A DNA stretch of 64,000 nucleotides from a virus. Its lineage: Duplodnaviria > Heunggongvirae > Uroviricota > Caudoviricetes. The stretch is from the IMG/VR virus record IMGVR_UViG_2795385816_000003, positions 7,520 through 71,519 of that record. One strand, 5' to 3'. The notes below the pieces were generated by a model. That model ran no database searches. It had not been told where the DNA came from and worked only from the letters and a program-made list of their open reading frames with translations. Positions 1-9,062 of this stretch are shown piece by piece. A program made the translations under genes and the position numbers. The stretch's first letter is position 1. Every line of letters starts with the position of its first letter.

Positions 1-162
1 TATCGCGTCGGTGATCTCGTCGACCCCGGAAATCGCAGTATTGCCGACTGTTTCGGCGATGGCGATGACCACCGCCTTGATGATCACCGGGATCTGCTGA
101 CGAATCTCGTCAACGACTGCGTTTCGAATTGGGTCGGTGATGTGTGTCTTGATGAACCCCAT
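1..162 (-). CDS. hypothetical protein, N-terminal 54 codons only (gene continues past window start); possible lysis-cassette/membrane-associated protein
   Basis: ATG at 162-160 on minus strand opens a frame (MGFIKTHITDPIRNAVVDEIRQQIPVIIKAVVIAIAE...) that runs off the left edge; lies downstream of the tail genes where lysis genes usually sit. Confidence 0.3.
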   Translation of the reverse strand, partial: MGFIKTHITDPIRNAVVDEIRQQIPVIIKAVVIAIAETVGNTAISGVDEITDAI

Positions 163-179
163 AGTTGTTGCCTCTCTTG

Positions 180-842
180 TCAGTACGAGCGCCACCGAAG
201 CCAGATACGCGCTGGCCCGCCTGTGCCGCCTTTGGTGAAGCTGCCGAAGATGCCGCCGTTGCCACCGGCGCCGCCTGCGCCAATCCCGCCCGTACCGGCG
301 TTGCCGGTGCCTCCGCTGCCTGCGGCGAATGTCTCTCCGAAAGCCGAGAGGGTTTGGGGGCTGATGGTTTTGCCGTTCTGGCCGCTGCCGCCGGAGTTGG
401 CGCCTTCGCCGCCCGGACCGCCTGGGGCGGATGCGATGAGCCCGCCGGGGCCGTTGATTGATGTTGTGCCGCCGGAGCTTCCGGGTGCGCCCTTGCCCCC
501 GCCCTCCGATTGACCGCCTATACCTCCGGCGCCCAAGGTCAGGACCAGCGAGCTACTGGGGACGATGAATGTGCCGGTGAGCCATGTGCCGGTGTACCCG
601 CCTATTCCAGAACGGCTGAGACCGCCTTCACCGGCACCACCGCCGCCGCCTGCGGGCAGGATCACGTAGTCGGCCCAGTAGGCCCAGGTCGGCGGTAGGA
701 CGGACTGCGATTCGGCGAACAGGTCGGTGCGGGGGTCGCTGGCCCACACCTGCACATCGCCGAGACTGATGCCGTTGATGTACTTGTTCACGGGGCCATC
801 CACGCCGCCGATGAGCAACGTATCGCCAATGCTGATAGGCAT
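180..842 (-). CDS. minor tail protein, glycine-rich
   Basis: 220-aa ORF with GGxGG-rich low complexity typical of actinophage minor tail/fibre proteins; in tail gene array. Confidence 0.45.
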   Translation of the reverse strand: MPISIGDTLLIGGVDGPVNKYINGISLGDVQVWASDPRTDLFAESQSVLPPTWAYWADYVILPAGGGGGAGEGGLSRSGIGGYTGTWLTGTFIVPSSSLVLTLGAGGIGGQSEGGGKGAPGSSGGTTSINGPGGLIASAPGGPGGEGANSGGSGQNGKTISPQTLSAFGETFAAGSGGTGNAGTGGIGAGGAGGNGGIFGSFTKGGTGGPARIWLRWRSY

Positions 843-1307
843 TTACGTCGCCCAGATGTAGATGGTGTTGCCGTCCCGTGGGGTCGGCAGCACGTCATAT
901 TGAGCCCTGGTGCCCGCCCACACTGTCAGGGAGGTGGCGGTGCCGTTGACGGACCCGACGACTCTGCCGGTGCCCAGCTTGGACACGTCGATGGCTGCGT
1001 TCGCCGCGACCTTGGCATTGGTCACTGAGCTGTCCGTGGGTACGCGGGTATCGCCCAGGCGAGCATCGTTTCCGGCGCAGGCAGTGGCGGCGGTTGTGCC
1101 GGTGGTCGGCGGGAAGGTGGACGGTTTACCGATGATCGCCGACCAGGCCACTGCCAGTGCCGACTTAGTTACCCAAGGCAACGGAGTGCCTTTCGTACCT
1201 TTATTACCATCTGGTTTAGGCTCCTTGTCATGAGTGAAGTCACCGAAGCGGAAGCCAAGAGGTTCACCGCTAAGTCGAAGCGCGTGGTGGATTGCCTTGT
1301 GTGGCAA
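843..1307 (-). CDS. minor tail / hypothetical structural protein
   Basis: 154-aa ORF contiguous with neighbouring tail genes (stop/start adjacency at 842/843); start uncertain because it overlaps the divergent HNH gene. Confidence 0.35.
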   Translation of the reverse strand: MPHKAIHHALRLSGEPLGFRFGDFTHDKEPKPDGNKGTKGTPLPWVTKSALAVAWSAIIGKPSTFPPTTGTTAATACAGNDARLGDTRVPTDSSVTNAKVAANAAIDVSKLGTGRVVGSVNGTATSLTVWAGTRAQYDVLPTPRDGNTIYIWAT

Positions 1308-1682
1308 GGGGCTCTAGACCGCGACGGGTACGGATCGTTTTACTTTCGGGGCGCCAATCGGCGTGCACACCGAATGGCTTGGTATATCGCCAATGGCGCG
1401 ATACCTGATGGCTTTGTCGTCAATCACACTTGCCGGAATCGCGCATGTGTGAATCCCCAACATCTGCAGATGGTGACTGTCAGGGACAACGCTCTGAAGG
1501 ACTCGTCATCGGTTGGCTATGTGAATAGCCAAAAGACGAAGTGCCCCAACGGACATCCGTACGACAAGAGGGTCATGTGGGCCGGGCGTACTCAGCGAGT
1601 CTGCTCGGTGTGTGATAGAGAGACACGCAACGCCGCCAAGCGGCGCCGCTACCACGCAGGCAAATCGGCAATCAGGATATGA
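1230..1682 (+). CDS. HNH homing-type endonuclease (AP2/HNH_3-like), free-standing on opposite strand
   Basis: 150 aa; motif VVNHTCRNRACVNPQHL plus C-x2-C pairs (CPNGH, CSVCD); same motif family as minus-strand gene 28865-29380; only plus-strand gene inside the tail cluster. Confidence 0.55.
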   Translation: MSEVTEAEAKRFTAKSKRVVDCLVWQGALDRDGYGSFYFRGANRRAHRMAWYIANGAIPDGFVVNHTCRNRACVNPQHLQMVTVRDNALKDSSSVGYVNSQKTKCPNGHPYDKRVMWAGRTQRVCSVCDRETRNAAKRRRYHAGKSAIRI

Positions 1683-1683
1683 C

Positions 1684-2169
1684 CTACTGCAATTCGTAGA
1701 CAGTTCCGGTAGCTAGGTCGAGGTAGGTATCACCGACCATCTGTCCTGAGATTGTTCCTGGCGTGCCGTTACCAGACGTCATCCGCGCTCCACGCGGGCC
1801 TGGGTTACCGGGAGGCCCGGGAACGGTCGAGTCGGCGCCAGGTGCGCCCGGAGGGCCGGGCACAGTTGAGTCAGCACCTGGATCGCCCTTGAGCCCCTGG
1901 GGGCCACGTAGCAGACCAGCGTTGGTCCACCCTTGCGTGCCGTAGACCCAAATCTCGCCCAGATCGTCCGTAATGTACGCATCGCCAGGCTGTGGATTCT
2001 GAATATTGGCTAGCGCCGCCTCGTTGGCGACGTTGTCCCTCAGGACAACCGACTTGCCATCAATGCCTGGTGGGCCATCGTCTCCGACCGGGCCGCGCTC
2101 GCCGACATCTCCCTTGTCTCCCTTATCGCCCTTGGGGCCCTTGAGACTTCCCGTTTGTGTCCATGCCAT
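1684..2169 (-). CDS. collagen-like repeat tail fibre protein
   Basis: G-x-y triplet runs GPKGDKGDKGDVGERGPVGDDGPPGIDG and GLKGDPGADSTVPGPPGAPGADSTVPGPPGNPGPRG. Confidence 0.5.
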   Translation of the reverse strand: MAWTQTGSLKGPKGDKGDKGDVGERGPVGDDGPPGIDGKSVVLRDNVANEAALANIQNPQPGDAYITDDLGEIWVYGTQGWTNAGLLRGPQGLKGDPGADSTVPGPPGAPGADSTVPGPPGNPGPRGARMTSGNGTPGTISGQMVGDTYLDLATGTVYELQ

Positions 2170-2183
2170 ATCAGCTGTCCCTT

Positions 2184-2480
2184 CTATTTGAGTTCGTAGG
2201 TGGAGCCGGTGTCGACGTCCACGTAGATATCGCCGGGCTTGGAACCGATCACCAGAGAAGGAGGGCCGGACCCGTACCAGAACGCCTTGCCTGAAAACGT
2301 CGGTCCAGCTTCACCTTGTGCGCCTTGCTCTCCGCGCGGTCCTGGTGGGCCGGGCACTGGTGTGGCTATCTGCTCGGATGGCTTTGGCGCGGCCAGTGTG
2401 AGCCTGGGGCGGCGTGGCGCGGTCAGTTCGATGACCGGCACCGGTTCGGTATCGATGACTAGGCGGGGAAGCTCAGTCAT
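2184..2480 (-). CDS. minor tail protein with short collagen-like segment
   Basis: 98 aa; GPPGPRGEQGAQGEAGP segment; C-terminal DTGSTYELK resembles C-terminus of 1684-2169 product (TGTVYELQ). Confidence 0.4.
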   Translation of the reverse strand: MTELPRLVIDTEPVPVIELTAPRRPRLTLAAPKPSEQIATPVPGPPGPRGEQGAQGEAGPTFSGKAFWYGSGPPSLVIGSKPGDIYVDVDTGSTYELK

Positions 2481-2841
2481 CGCGCGCCACCCGGCATTTG
2501 GCCCATGGCAGGTTGTCGCCGTTGGGATAGCTCGACGGGTAGGTGACGGTCAGCCGCGCCTCGGCTTTGGCCGGGATCTTGTCGGCGATGGGCGACTCAA
2601 TGCGGATGAATACACCGTCATCTGTGATGGTCGGTTGTATTGCTGTGCTGTCTATTTCAGTACCGGCGCGCACCGCCGCCATGTCCGGGTAGAACCGCAG
2701 ATCGATGGTGGTGCCTGCCGGGAAGATGTCGTGAATGTTCGGCGCGGTGCCGTCATCGTCAGCCTTGAGGCGCAGCAGCAAGATGAAGTCCTGCCGGACC
2801 GATAGTGTGATGTTCAGGTCGGGGTCGTAGCCGCCGATCAT
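2473..2841 (-). CDS. hypothetical tail-associated protein
   Basis: 122-aa ORF in operon, 8-nt overlap with downstream gene. Confidence 0.35.
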   Translation of the reverse strand: MIGGYDPDLNITLSVRQDFILLLRLKADDDGTAPNIHDIFPAGTTIDLRFYPDMAAVRAGTEIDSTAIQPTITDDGVFIRIESPIADKIPAKAEARLTVTYPSSYPNGDNLPWAKCRVARDD

Positions 2842-3128
2842 CGATCCGCCTCCATCTGCGCTATCGCTTCGTCGTGTGTTGTGCCGGGCGCAAACTCGTG
2901 CAGCCGTTCAAGACTGGTGGCGCAGGCGTTTTCATCGACCGCGATAACCACCGTGGGACGTGGGGTGTAGGTGTATTCGGCGCCACGCGTTATCTGGTCG
3001 ACATGGCGGTCGTGGCGCTCATCGGGTGTGTCGACGTCAATGACCACATGCGTGCCATCTGCCAGCCGAAAATGCTTGCAGCCAGCGGGCCAGGCGCTCA
3101 TATCGGTTTGTAGCTCAACAGCATTCAC
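2838..3128 (-). CDS. hypothetical protein
   Basis: 96-aa ORF, 4-nt overlap coupling to next gene. Confidence 0.35.
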   Translation of the reverse strand: MNAVELQTDMSAWPAGCKHFRLADGTHVVIDVDTPDERHDRHVDQITRGAEYTYTPRPTVVIAVDENACATSLERLHEFAPGTTHDEAIAQMEADR

Positions 3129-3143
3129 GTTGCGTGCCTTCTT

Positions 3144-4541
3144 CTATTTCCAGATGATGATGGCTGCCCCATTGGGCGCTGGACCGGGTTGTCCGGGGGT
3201 TTGGGTGGCGAAGGTGCCGCCGCCGACTGCTGAGCCGCCACCCCCAGACCCGCCACCGGGGTAGCCGCCCGCGCCGCCATCACCGCCTCGGCGCGTACCG
3301 ATCGAGGACGTGGACCCGGCGCCACCCCCGCCGCCGCCACCTCCGCCACCGGCTTTCGTGGGTGCGGTCAGCGAGGCTGCAGCGCCTGCGGTTCCGGCGT
3401 CGGCGGTTCCGGTCGAGTTGCGGCCCGCCCCGCCGACTCCGCCCGCCGCCAGCGGGGTAGCGCCGCCGTCTTGACCGGAACCGCCCCCGGACCCGGTGGC
3501 TTGCCCGCCATTGCCCCCGCGCCCCGGCGTGGAGGCCGCTGGGGTGAAACCGGCGAGTGTGGAGATGCCGGAGCCGTTCGGGGATGAGGACACCAGATTG
3601 CCGATAGAGGTGATGCCGCCGTCAGTGCCGTTGGTGCTCGCCCCTGGCCCGACCGTGACGGACAGGGTGGCGGGGATGTCAGCGGGGGCGATCTGCTGGC
3701 CGATGTAGCCACCCGAGGACCCACCTAGACCGCCCGGCCGTACGTCGGCGTTGGTCCCCGAGGTGGTGCCGGGCATGCCTTTTCCGCCGCCGCCGATCAC
3801 GATCAACCAGCACTCGCGGAGATTGGCTGGTTTGGTCCATGTGCCGTTGGATGTGAAGGTGTCGACGGTGTAGTCGCCGATAGTCGCCTGTTTGATGGCG
3901 GCGATTGTTTGTTGCACCTCTGCGGCAGTCCCGGTGGCGGCAGTGCCACCAAACCAGGTGTCGAACATGTTCTTGAAGCCGTCGACCACGCTGCCCAGTG
4001 CGTCATTGGCGTTGGTGTTCGCGGCCTGCGCAGTGGTGTTGGCTGCTGCTGCGGTGTTGCGTACTCCGGTGATGGCGTTGAACAGGTTGTTGATGAAGTT
4101 GTCGGTGCTGCCGGGGTTGGTGCCGCCCTGGCTGCCGTGCAGGATGGCGCCGAAGGCGTTGCGTATCCACGTTCCGGCATCGTTGGGGTCTGAATCTGGT
4201 CTGCCGGTGATGATTTCGAAGAAGTCGCCCAGCACGGGGATGTCTTCTACCTTGTCTTGCAGGTTGGTGATGGCCGACTGAATGTTGGTGATGGCGCCAT
4301 GCACCGTGGACACCGCGCCCTGTAGGCCCTCAAGGATGTTCCACTTGCCGGTCAGAATTCCCGCCAGCGCGGCCAGGTCGATGCCGAAGAGGCGCTTGAT
4401 GCCCTCGACAAGCATTTCGATGAAGCGGTCAACGCCGTCGCCCGCGCCCTTGGTGAAGGCCATGGGATTGTCGAAGGCCAGCTTGGTGTTTGGGTTGTGG
4501 GTCAGTGGTGGCCCGACTTGGCGCCGGTCGAAGACGGCCAT
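3144..4541 (-). CDS. minor tail protein, poly-Gly/Ala-rich
   Basis: ORF open to 4817 but ATG at 4541 overlaps stop of upstream gene (MAVFDRRQV...); poly-G run GGGGGGGGGGAGS and GGxGG repeats. Confidence 0.45.
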   Translation of the reverse strand: MAVFDRRQVGPPLTHNPNTKLAFDNPMAFTKGAGDGVDRFIEMLVEGIKRLFGIDLAALAGILTGKWNILEGLQGAVSTVHGAITNIQSAITNLQDKVEDIPVLGDFFEIITGRPDSDPNDAGTWIRNAFGAILHGSQGGTNPGSTDNFINNLFNAITGVRNTAAAANTTAQAANTNANDALGSVVDGFKNMFDTWFGGTAATGTAAEVQQTIAAIKQATIGDYTVDTFTSNGTWTKPANLRECWLIVIGGGGKGMPGTTSGTNADVRPGGLGGSSGGYIGQQIAPADIPATLSVTVGPGASTNGTDGGITSIGNLVSSSPNGSGISTLAGFTPAASTPGRGGNGGQATGSGGGSGQDGGATPLAAGGVGGAGRNSTGTADAGTAGAAASLTAPTKAGGGGGGGGGGAGSTSSIGTRRGGDGGAGGYPGGGSGGGGSAVGGGTFATQTPGQPGPAPNGAAIIIWK

Positions 4542-5650
4542 TAGACCGGGATCACCTGTATCGCCAGCTGGGCGTCGCGGGGCTGAAAGTTGTAGACGCC
4601 GAACAGGCCGTCTGTGTACAAGAACACCGTCAGGATGCGCTTTTGCCCCTGCGGGAATCTGCCGTACACGCCATCGGGGGAGATGGCATCGGAAGGTGTT
4701 TGTGGTGTCGAAGCGTGCGGGCTGATATGCAACATCTGCGAGGAGTTGCCGAAGCCGCGGGCCACCAAGATGCCGCCCTTGGGATCGGTGTTCGGCTCGG
4801 AAATGCGGACCTCGCAACCGATCTGGAACGGATCGAAGTCAAGGTCAACACCGTTGGTGCGCAGGTGCCCCTGAATCCACAGGTTGTATTCCTGCGTCTG
4901 TTCGGGAATCTCGCGCGAACCGATCGGGACCTTGGTACCCACGGCCAGCGGCACCGACTGAAACGCGGCCTCCGGCATCGTGTACATGCGTGTGGCGAAC
5001 GGGTTGGGGTCGGCCAGGACGAACTTGCTCTTGGTGGCATCCCAGGTGACAACCTGACCACCGGTGGGGGGCAGGGTGTCGTCAAAGTCGATGGCCTCGG
5101 CGATCATCGCGTTATCGCCCTTGGGTCCTTGCGGCGCCGCGATCTCGAAATGCCATCCGGGATTGTTGGCGGTACCGCTGACGGTGATCTTCGACCTGCG
5201 GCCCTGCAGCTGCTCGGACCACGGGATTGACTCGATGGTTGGGGAGATGTTCGGCACCGGCCCTGCCGGTCCGGCAGTGCCCATCGCCTTCACTTTGAAG
5301 CCGGTGCCGTCCCACATGTAGACCTGGTTGCCGATCCACCAGGCCTTGCCGATGTCGTCGGGGGTGTCGGTCAGTGTCTCGGCGATCTCTTCCAGCTCTT
5401 GGAGACTGTCGATAGATGAGCCGTATTGCATCTTCACAATGGGCGCCATCTCGCCGTCGTTGCCCTTCGGGCCAACCAGGGCGTCCATGGTGACCACCGC
5501 GTCGTCGCCGACCATTTCCATGGTGGCTGTGGTGGCGCCGGGGGTATCGATGTCGGACACGTCGCCGTAGAAGTGCACATTGGCCAGGCGGGTGCCGAGA
5601 TAGACCCGATCGCCAAGCTGTGCCTGTACCGGGTCGGCGGGAGCGGTCAT
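4541..5650 (-). CDS. minor tail protein
   Basis: 369-aa ORF, high coding quality, in tail array. Confidence 0.45.
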   Translation of the reverse strand: MTAPADPVQAQLGDRVYLGTRLANVHFYGDVSDIDTPGATTATMEMVGDDAVVTMDALVGPKGNDGEMAPIVKMQYGSSIDSLQELEEIAETLTDTPDDIGKAWWIGNQVYMWDGTGFKVKAMGTAGPAGPVPNISPTIESIPWSEQLQGRRSKITVSGTANNPGWHFEIAAPQGPKGDNAMIAEAIDFDDTLPPTGGQVVTWDATKSKFVLADPNPFATRMYTMPEAAFQSVPLAVGTKVPIGSREIPEQTQEYNLWIQGHLRTNGVDLDFDPFQIGCEVRISEPNTDPKGGILVARGFGNSSQMLHISPHASTPQTPSDAISPDGVYGRFPQGQKRILTVFLYTDGLFGVYNFQPRDAQLAIQVIPV

Positions 5651-6120
5651 GATTGGTCTCCGTCCTCAAAGGTGATTCGGGTCTTCTGGCGCCAGCCCTG
5701 CGGCGCGTCGTCGACGGGCACGCCGCCGAGTTGGCGAATCCAAAAGGCCTTGGCGTTGCCCGATAGGTTTTCGATGTCCTGCGGCGTTGTGGCCGCGTCG
5801 ATTTCGTCCTGCACGTCGTCGGGTGCGTTGACGCTGACCCATTCCAGGGCGCCCTCATGTTGGGCACCTTCGACGCGGCGGCTCTTGATCAGCGCCTCGT
5901 CTTGGTGAAGCCGGAAGCCGCGCAGCGCAAGGTGGTAGGCGATCATCGGCGCCAGATACGACAGGTCGAGCGTCTTGCCGTCGCGCATGCCGACAGCGAC
6001 CAGGGCGCTGGCAATCTGGTGCATTGCCACGTTGGCGTTGTGCAGGTGCTCGGTGGGCGCATCGGCAACGCGTGGGTCGGTGCCCATTGCCGCGCCTTCG
6101 TGAGTTCCTTTGACATACAT
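5647..6120 (-). CDS. hypothetical tail protein
   Basis: Internal ATG at 6120 (MYVKGTHEG...) overlaps stop of upstream gene; longer ORF to 6285 is likely over-extended. Confidence 0.35.
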   Translation of the reverse strand: MYVKGTHEGAAMGTDPRVADAPTEHLHNANVAMHQIASALVAVGMRDGKTLDLSYLAPMIAYHLALRGFRLHQDEALIKSRRVEGAQHEGALEWVSVNAPDDVQDEIDAATTPQDIENLSGNAKAFWIRQLGGVPVDDAPQGWRQKTRITFEDGDQS

Positions 6121-7841
6121 CAGAATTCGTCTCCACTTCCCATGAGCATTCCGACGACCGACCAGGCCGCCTGTAGCGTTCGCATCCCCTTGGCGGCGGG
6201 GTCTTCCTCTTCGCCGTCCATTCCGATCGATAGGCCGTACTGCAGCGGTGTCGTCTCGTCGTAGGCCATCCGAATCGCCGAGCACTGATCGGTGTGGATG
6301 ACGTCGACGAGTTCAAAGCCGAGACGGTCGCCGAGGGTGAAGTCGTAATGGACCAGCCACGGGTAGCCGTTGACGACGTTTGTCTTAAAGCTGGTGTAGG
6401 GCCTTGTCTTCCAATGGCCATCCCGTAGCGATTTGATGCCGGACACGGTGTACGCCGAACCTGATCCGGCTTCCCAATGTTCAAGGAAAGCGTGTGTGCC
6501 CATCTGGAATACACGCTTGACATCCGTAAACCGTTGGTACGCAAGGAGACTGTTGTCGAGCTGGCCTTGATAAAGCTCTTCCAAGCCGGGGGTGCCGGGC
6601 ACCTGCGCTGCGAAAGGTCCCTGAGAGATCAGGGCCGACAACTCTGACAGGGCATACTTGATGCCAAATGTCTGCAGCTGGTTGACGATTGCCGGTGACT
6701 TAGAACCGGTCATGATGGTGCGGGCCTTGGCCTTATGCACCGCGCGAACCGCATCGATAATCGCCGAATGCTCGGTGTCGCGGAAGATCACAGTCGGCGG
6801 CGCCGGGGCGACCTTGAGCCACTTGCGGAACAACGGGTCAGTCTTGCCGTCATGATCGGCGTCGACCGGGAAAACGGTCTCGGTGATCATGTCGTCGGCC
6901 AGCGAGCCAACCAGGTTGATGACGCCGTCGATGGCGGTGCCGGTCGGGCCAGTGACGCCCGACTTGTCTTCTACCGCAAGGACAACACAGTTCCGAGTAG
7001 GCCGGGTCAGGATGTTGTTGCCGAGCAGTTCGGCCAGCTCCGTGTGCGGCGAATCCTCGTCTTCGGTCAGCCACGTGTAGGCGCGGATGATGCACCCGGC
7101 GTCTTTGAGGATCGGGTCCAGCACACTATGCGCATCGGTCCACCGGGACGTGACGAAGCTCAGCCGCGACTGATCAAGGAACGGGTTGACAAATGCAACC
7201 TGTACCGGCCAATCCAGTGGACTGATGTTGGTGAGCTTGGTGCCCAGCCACACCGCAGGGTTGGCGATGTTGGTGATGATGTTGAAGCCCGGCACATACT
7301 GGCGGGCCAGGTTCACGAACAAGGTCGTGGCGGAGATGGTGCGCGTATTGCCGGGTAGCAGCCACATCTTGGGCTGCTGGACCTCGGGCGGAAAGAACGG
7401 ATTTGCGCCTAGGAGAATGTGTTCCAGGTGCTTGCGGTTGTGGATAAGCTGCAGCTCAACCAGGTGGATGCCATCGGCGGTGCGCCGAATATTGACCGCT
7501 TCGACCTTGCCGCCCCACCGGGTGCGCCACGTCTTCTTGGACGGGTTCGGGTCGATGGTGATGTGCAAGTCCTCTTCGGCGCGCACATCACGGGTGATGA
7601 ACTCAGTCAGCCAGTCATTGGCCAACAGGGTGATTGACCCTTGGCCCGCCGCGTGAATCATTTCTTCGGCGTCGAGCTTCTGTTCAGCGGCGACAACGCC
7701 GATGAACTTCATGTCTTTGTCCCACAAACGAATTAGGGGACGTTGACGCGCCGAGTCGATGATGACCTGGCGGCGCCGATGCATGTAGCGGTACGCCTCA
7801 CCTGGGCTGCGCGCAGGATCGGGCGCAGCCAGAGTCGCCAT
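6120..7841 (-). CDS. minor tail protein
   Basis: 573-aa ORF directly downstream of 7842-9062 gene. Confidence 0.45.
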   Translation of the reverse strand: MATLAAPDPARSPGEAYRYMHRRRQVIIDSARQRPLIRLWDKDMKFIGVVAAEQKLDAEEMIHAAGQGSITLLANDWLTEFITRDVRAEEDLHITIDPNPSKKTWRTRWGGKVEAVNIRRTADGIHLVELQLIHNRKHLEHILLGANPFFPPEVQQPKMWLLPGNTRTISATTLFVNLARQYVPGFNIITNIANPAVWLGTKLTNISPLDWPVQVAFVNPFLDQSRLSFVTSRWTDAHSVLDPILKDAGCIIRAYTWLTEDEDSPHTELAELLGNNILTRPTRNCVVLAVEDKSGVTGPTGTAIDGVINLVGSLADDMITETVFPVDADHDGKTDPLFRKWLKVAPAPPTVIFRDTEHSAIIDAVRAVHKAKARTIMTGSKSPAIVNQLQTFGIKYALSELSALISQGPFAAQVPGTPGLEELYQGQLDNSLLAYQRFTDVKRVFQMGTHAFLEHWEAGSGSAYTVSGIKSLRDGHWKTRPYTSFKTNVVNGYPWLVHYDFTLGDRLGFELVDVIHTDQCSAIRMAYDETTPLQYGLSIGMDGEEEDPAAKGMRTLQAAWSVVGMLMGSGDEF

Positions 7842-9062
7842 CTAGAAAGCGGTCTCGTACTTCTGTGGCATGAAAGCGGTCACCTTCGCATCAGGGTTGG
7901 TGTGGTAGACGGCGGTCGTCACCTCGGTCTCGCGCGGAATGTCGGACGCGAACCGCTGGCCACGACTGCGGCGCCACGCGGGCAGCCCCTGGTCGCCGAG
8001 GTCATGCAGAAGCGGCACGTAGTCGAGGATTTCGGCCTGTCGCGCGAACCGGTAGAAGACGTTGTCTACCGGTTCCTTGCTGGTGGTGAAGGTGCGGGCA
8101 GTCGGGTCGGTGTCGACCATGAGAAAGCCGTCGCCGCTGTAGATTTCAGGGCAGCGCACCAAGTTCTGGGTGAGGCCGTCCTGAATCCATGCGGTGCCGG
8201 TGCCGCTGATAATGAACTTGGGCCAATCGTCAATCTGGCCCTTGTTGACGTATTGGACGTGAGTCATCCACGCCTGCACCGGCAATGCTTCGATGCCGTC
8301 GGTTAGGAAGTCTTCGAGAGTGGTGAATAGCGAGCCTTCGCCGCCAACAGTGACTTTCGGCTTCGTGGCGTCGAATCCCACCGTCTTCGACTTGAACATC
8401 TTTTTGTAGGCGTACGGGTCCGCACTGACGACGTTCATCGTGACCTTGCGCATGTTGTTCCCGAATGCGACTGGGTCCTTTGACATCGTCTCCGGTGTTG
8501 CGCCGCCATCCAAAATGACCTTGAGCCAGCGCCACCCGGTGGAGCGGGTGAAGTACCCCAGCCAACCGTGCTCAGTCTTGGACCAGGCACGTTGCCACTT
8601 CGCCTCGGTGTTCCGGTAGATCGTTTCCGTCGAGATCTTGAGGCGTGCACGCACATTCGCGTTCGGGTTCAAGATGACACCGAATGACTGCGGGCGGCGC
8701 TTGATGTCGGTGCGCTCGCGCCGCGACCCGATCAGGTACGGACCCTCGGACCACCGGTGGTCGAACGGGACCGACATGGCGCCCATAAGCTCGGACTCCA
8801 GCACTGCGCCTTCTCGGCCCCGATGATTACCGGCAAGGTGCCACTTGCTGCCATCGACACCGATGTACAGCACGTTGGTTTCCATGTTCTTAAGCTCTTC
8901 GGGCAGCCACTGCCAGCGCGTGAACTGCTCCCAGCCGGGGAACTTGATTGCCTGAAACACAGCGCCCGCAAGCTCATTGGAGTTTCCACCCCAGCGATAG
9001 AACGGCGCCTGTATCTGGTTGTCTGCCGGGTTCTCTTCCCAGTTGTCGGGGTTTTCGGTCAC
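7842..9062 (-). CDS. minor tail protein (distal tail/tip)
   Basis: GTG at 9062-9060 overlaps tape-measure stop (VTENPDNWEENP...); ORF-track start at 9434 would overlap tape measure by 375 nt. Confidence 0.45.
   Translation of the reverse strand: MTENPDNWEENPADNQIQAPFYRWGGNSNELAGAVFQAIKFPGWEQFTRWQWLPEELKNMETNVLYIGVDGSKWHLAGNHRGREGAVLESELMGAMSVPFDHRWSEGPYLIGSRRERTDIKRRPQSFGVILNPNANVRARLKISTETIYRNTEAKWQRAWSKTEHGWLGYFTRSTGWRWLKVILDGGATPETMSKDPVAFGNNMRKVTMNVVSADPYAYKKMFKSKTVGFDATKPKVTVGGEGSLFTTLEDFLTDGIEALPVQAWMTHVQYVNKGQIDDWPKFIISGTGTAWIQDGLTQNLVRCPEIYSGDGFLMVDTDPTARTFTTSKEPVDNVFYRFARQAEILDYVPLLHDLGDQGLPAWRRSRGQRFASDIPRETEVTTAVYHTNPDAKVTAFMPQKYETAF

Noticed and set aside
142-513. Plus-strand Pro-rich ORFs (142-513, 165-461) and many other long antisense ORFs (e.g. 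4490-5230, 5112-5867, 10025-10903, 16017-16982, 19509-20549)
   Set aside because: They lie antisense to high-quality structural genes. They have Arg/Pro/Ala-rich compositions typical of non-coding frames in high-GC DNA and no operon context.
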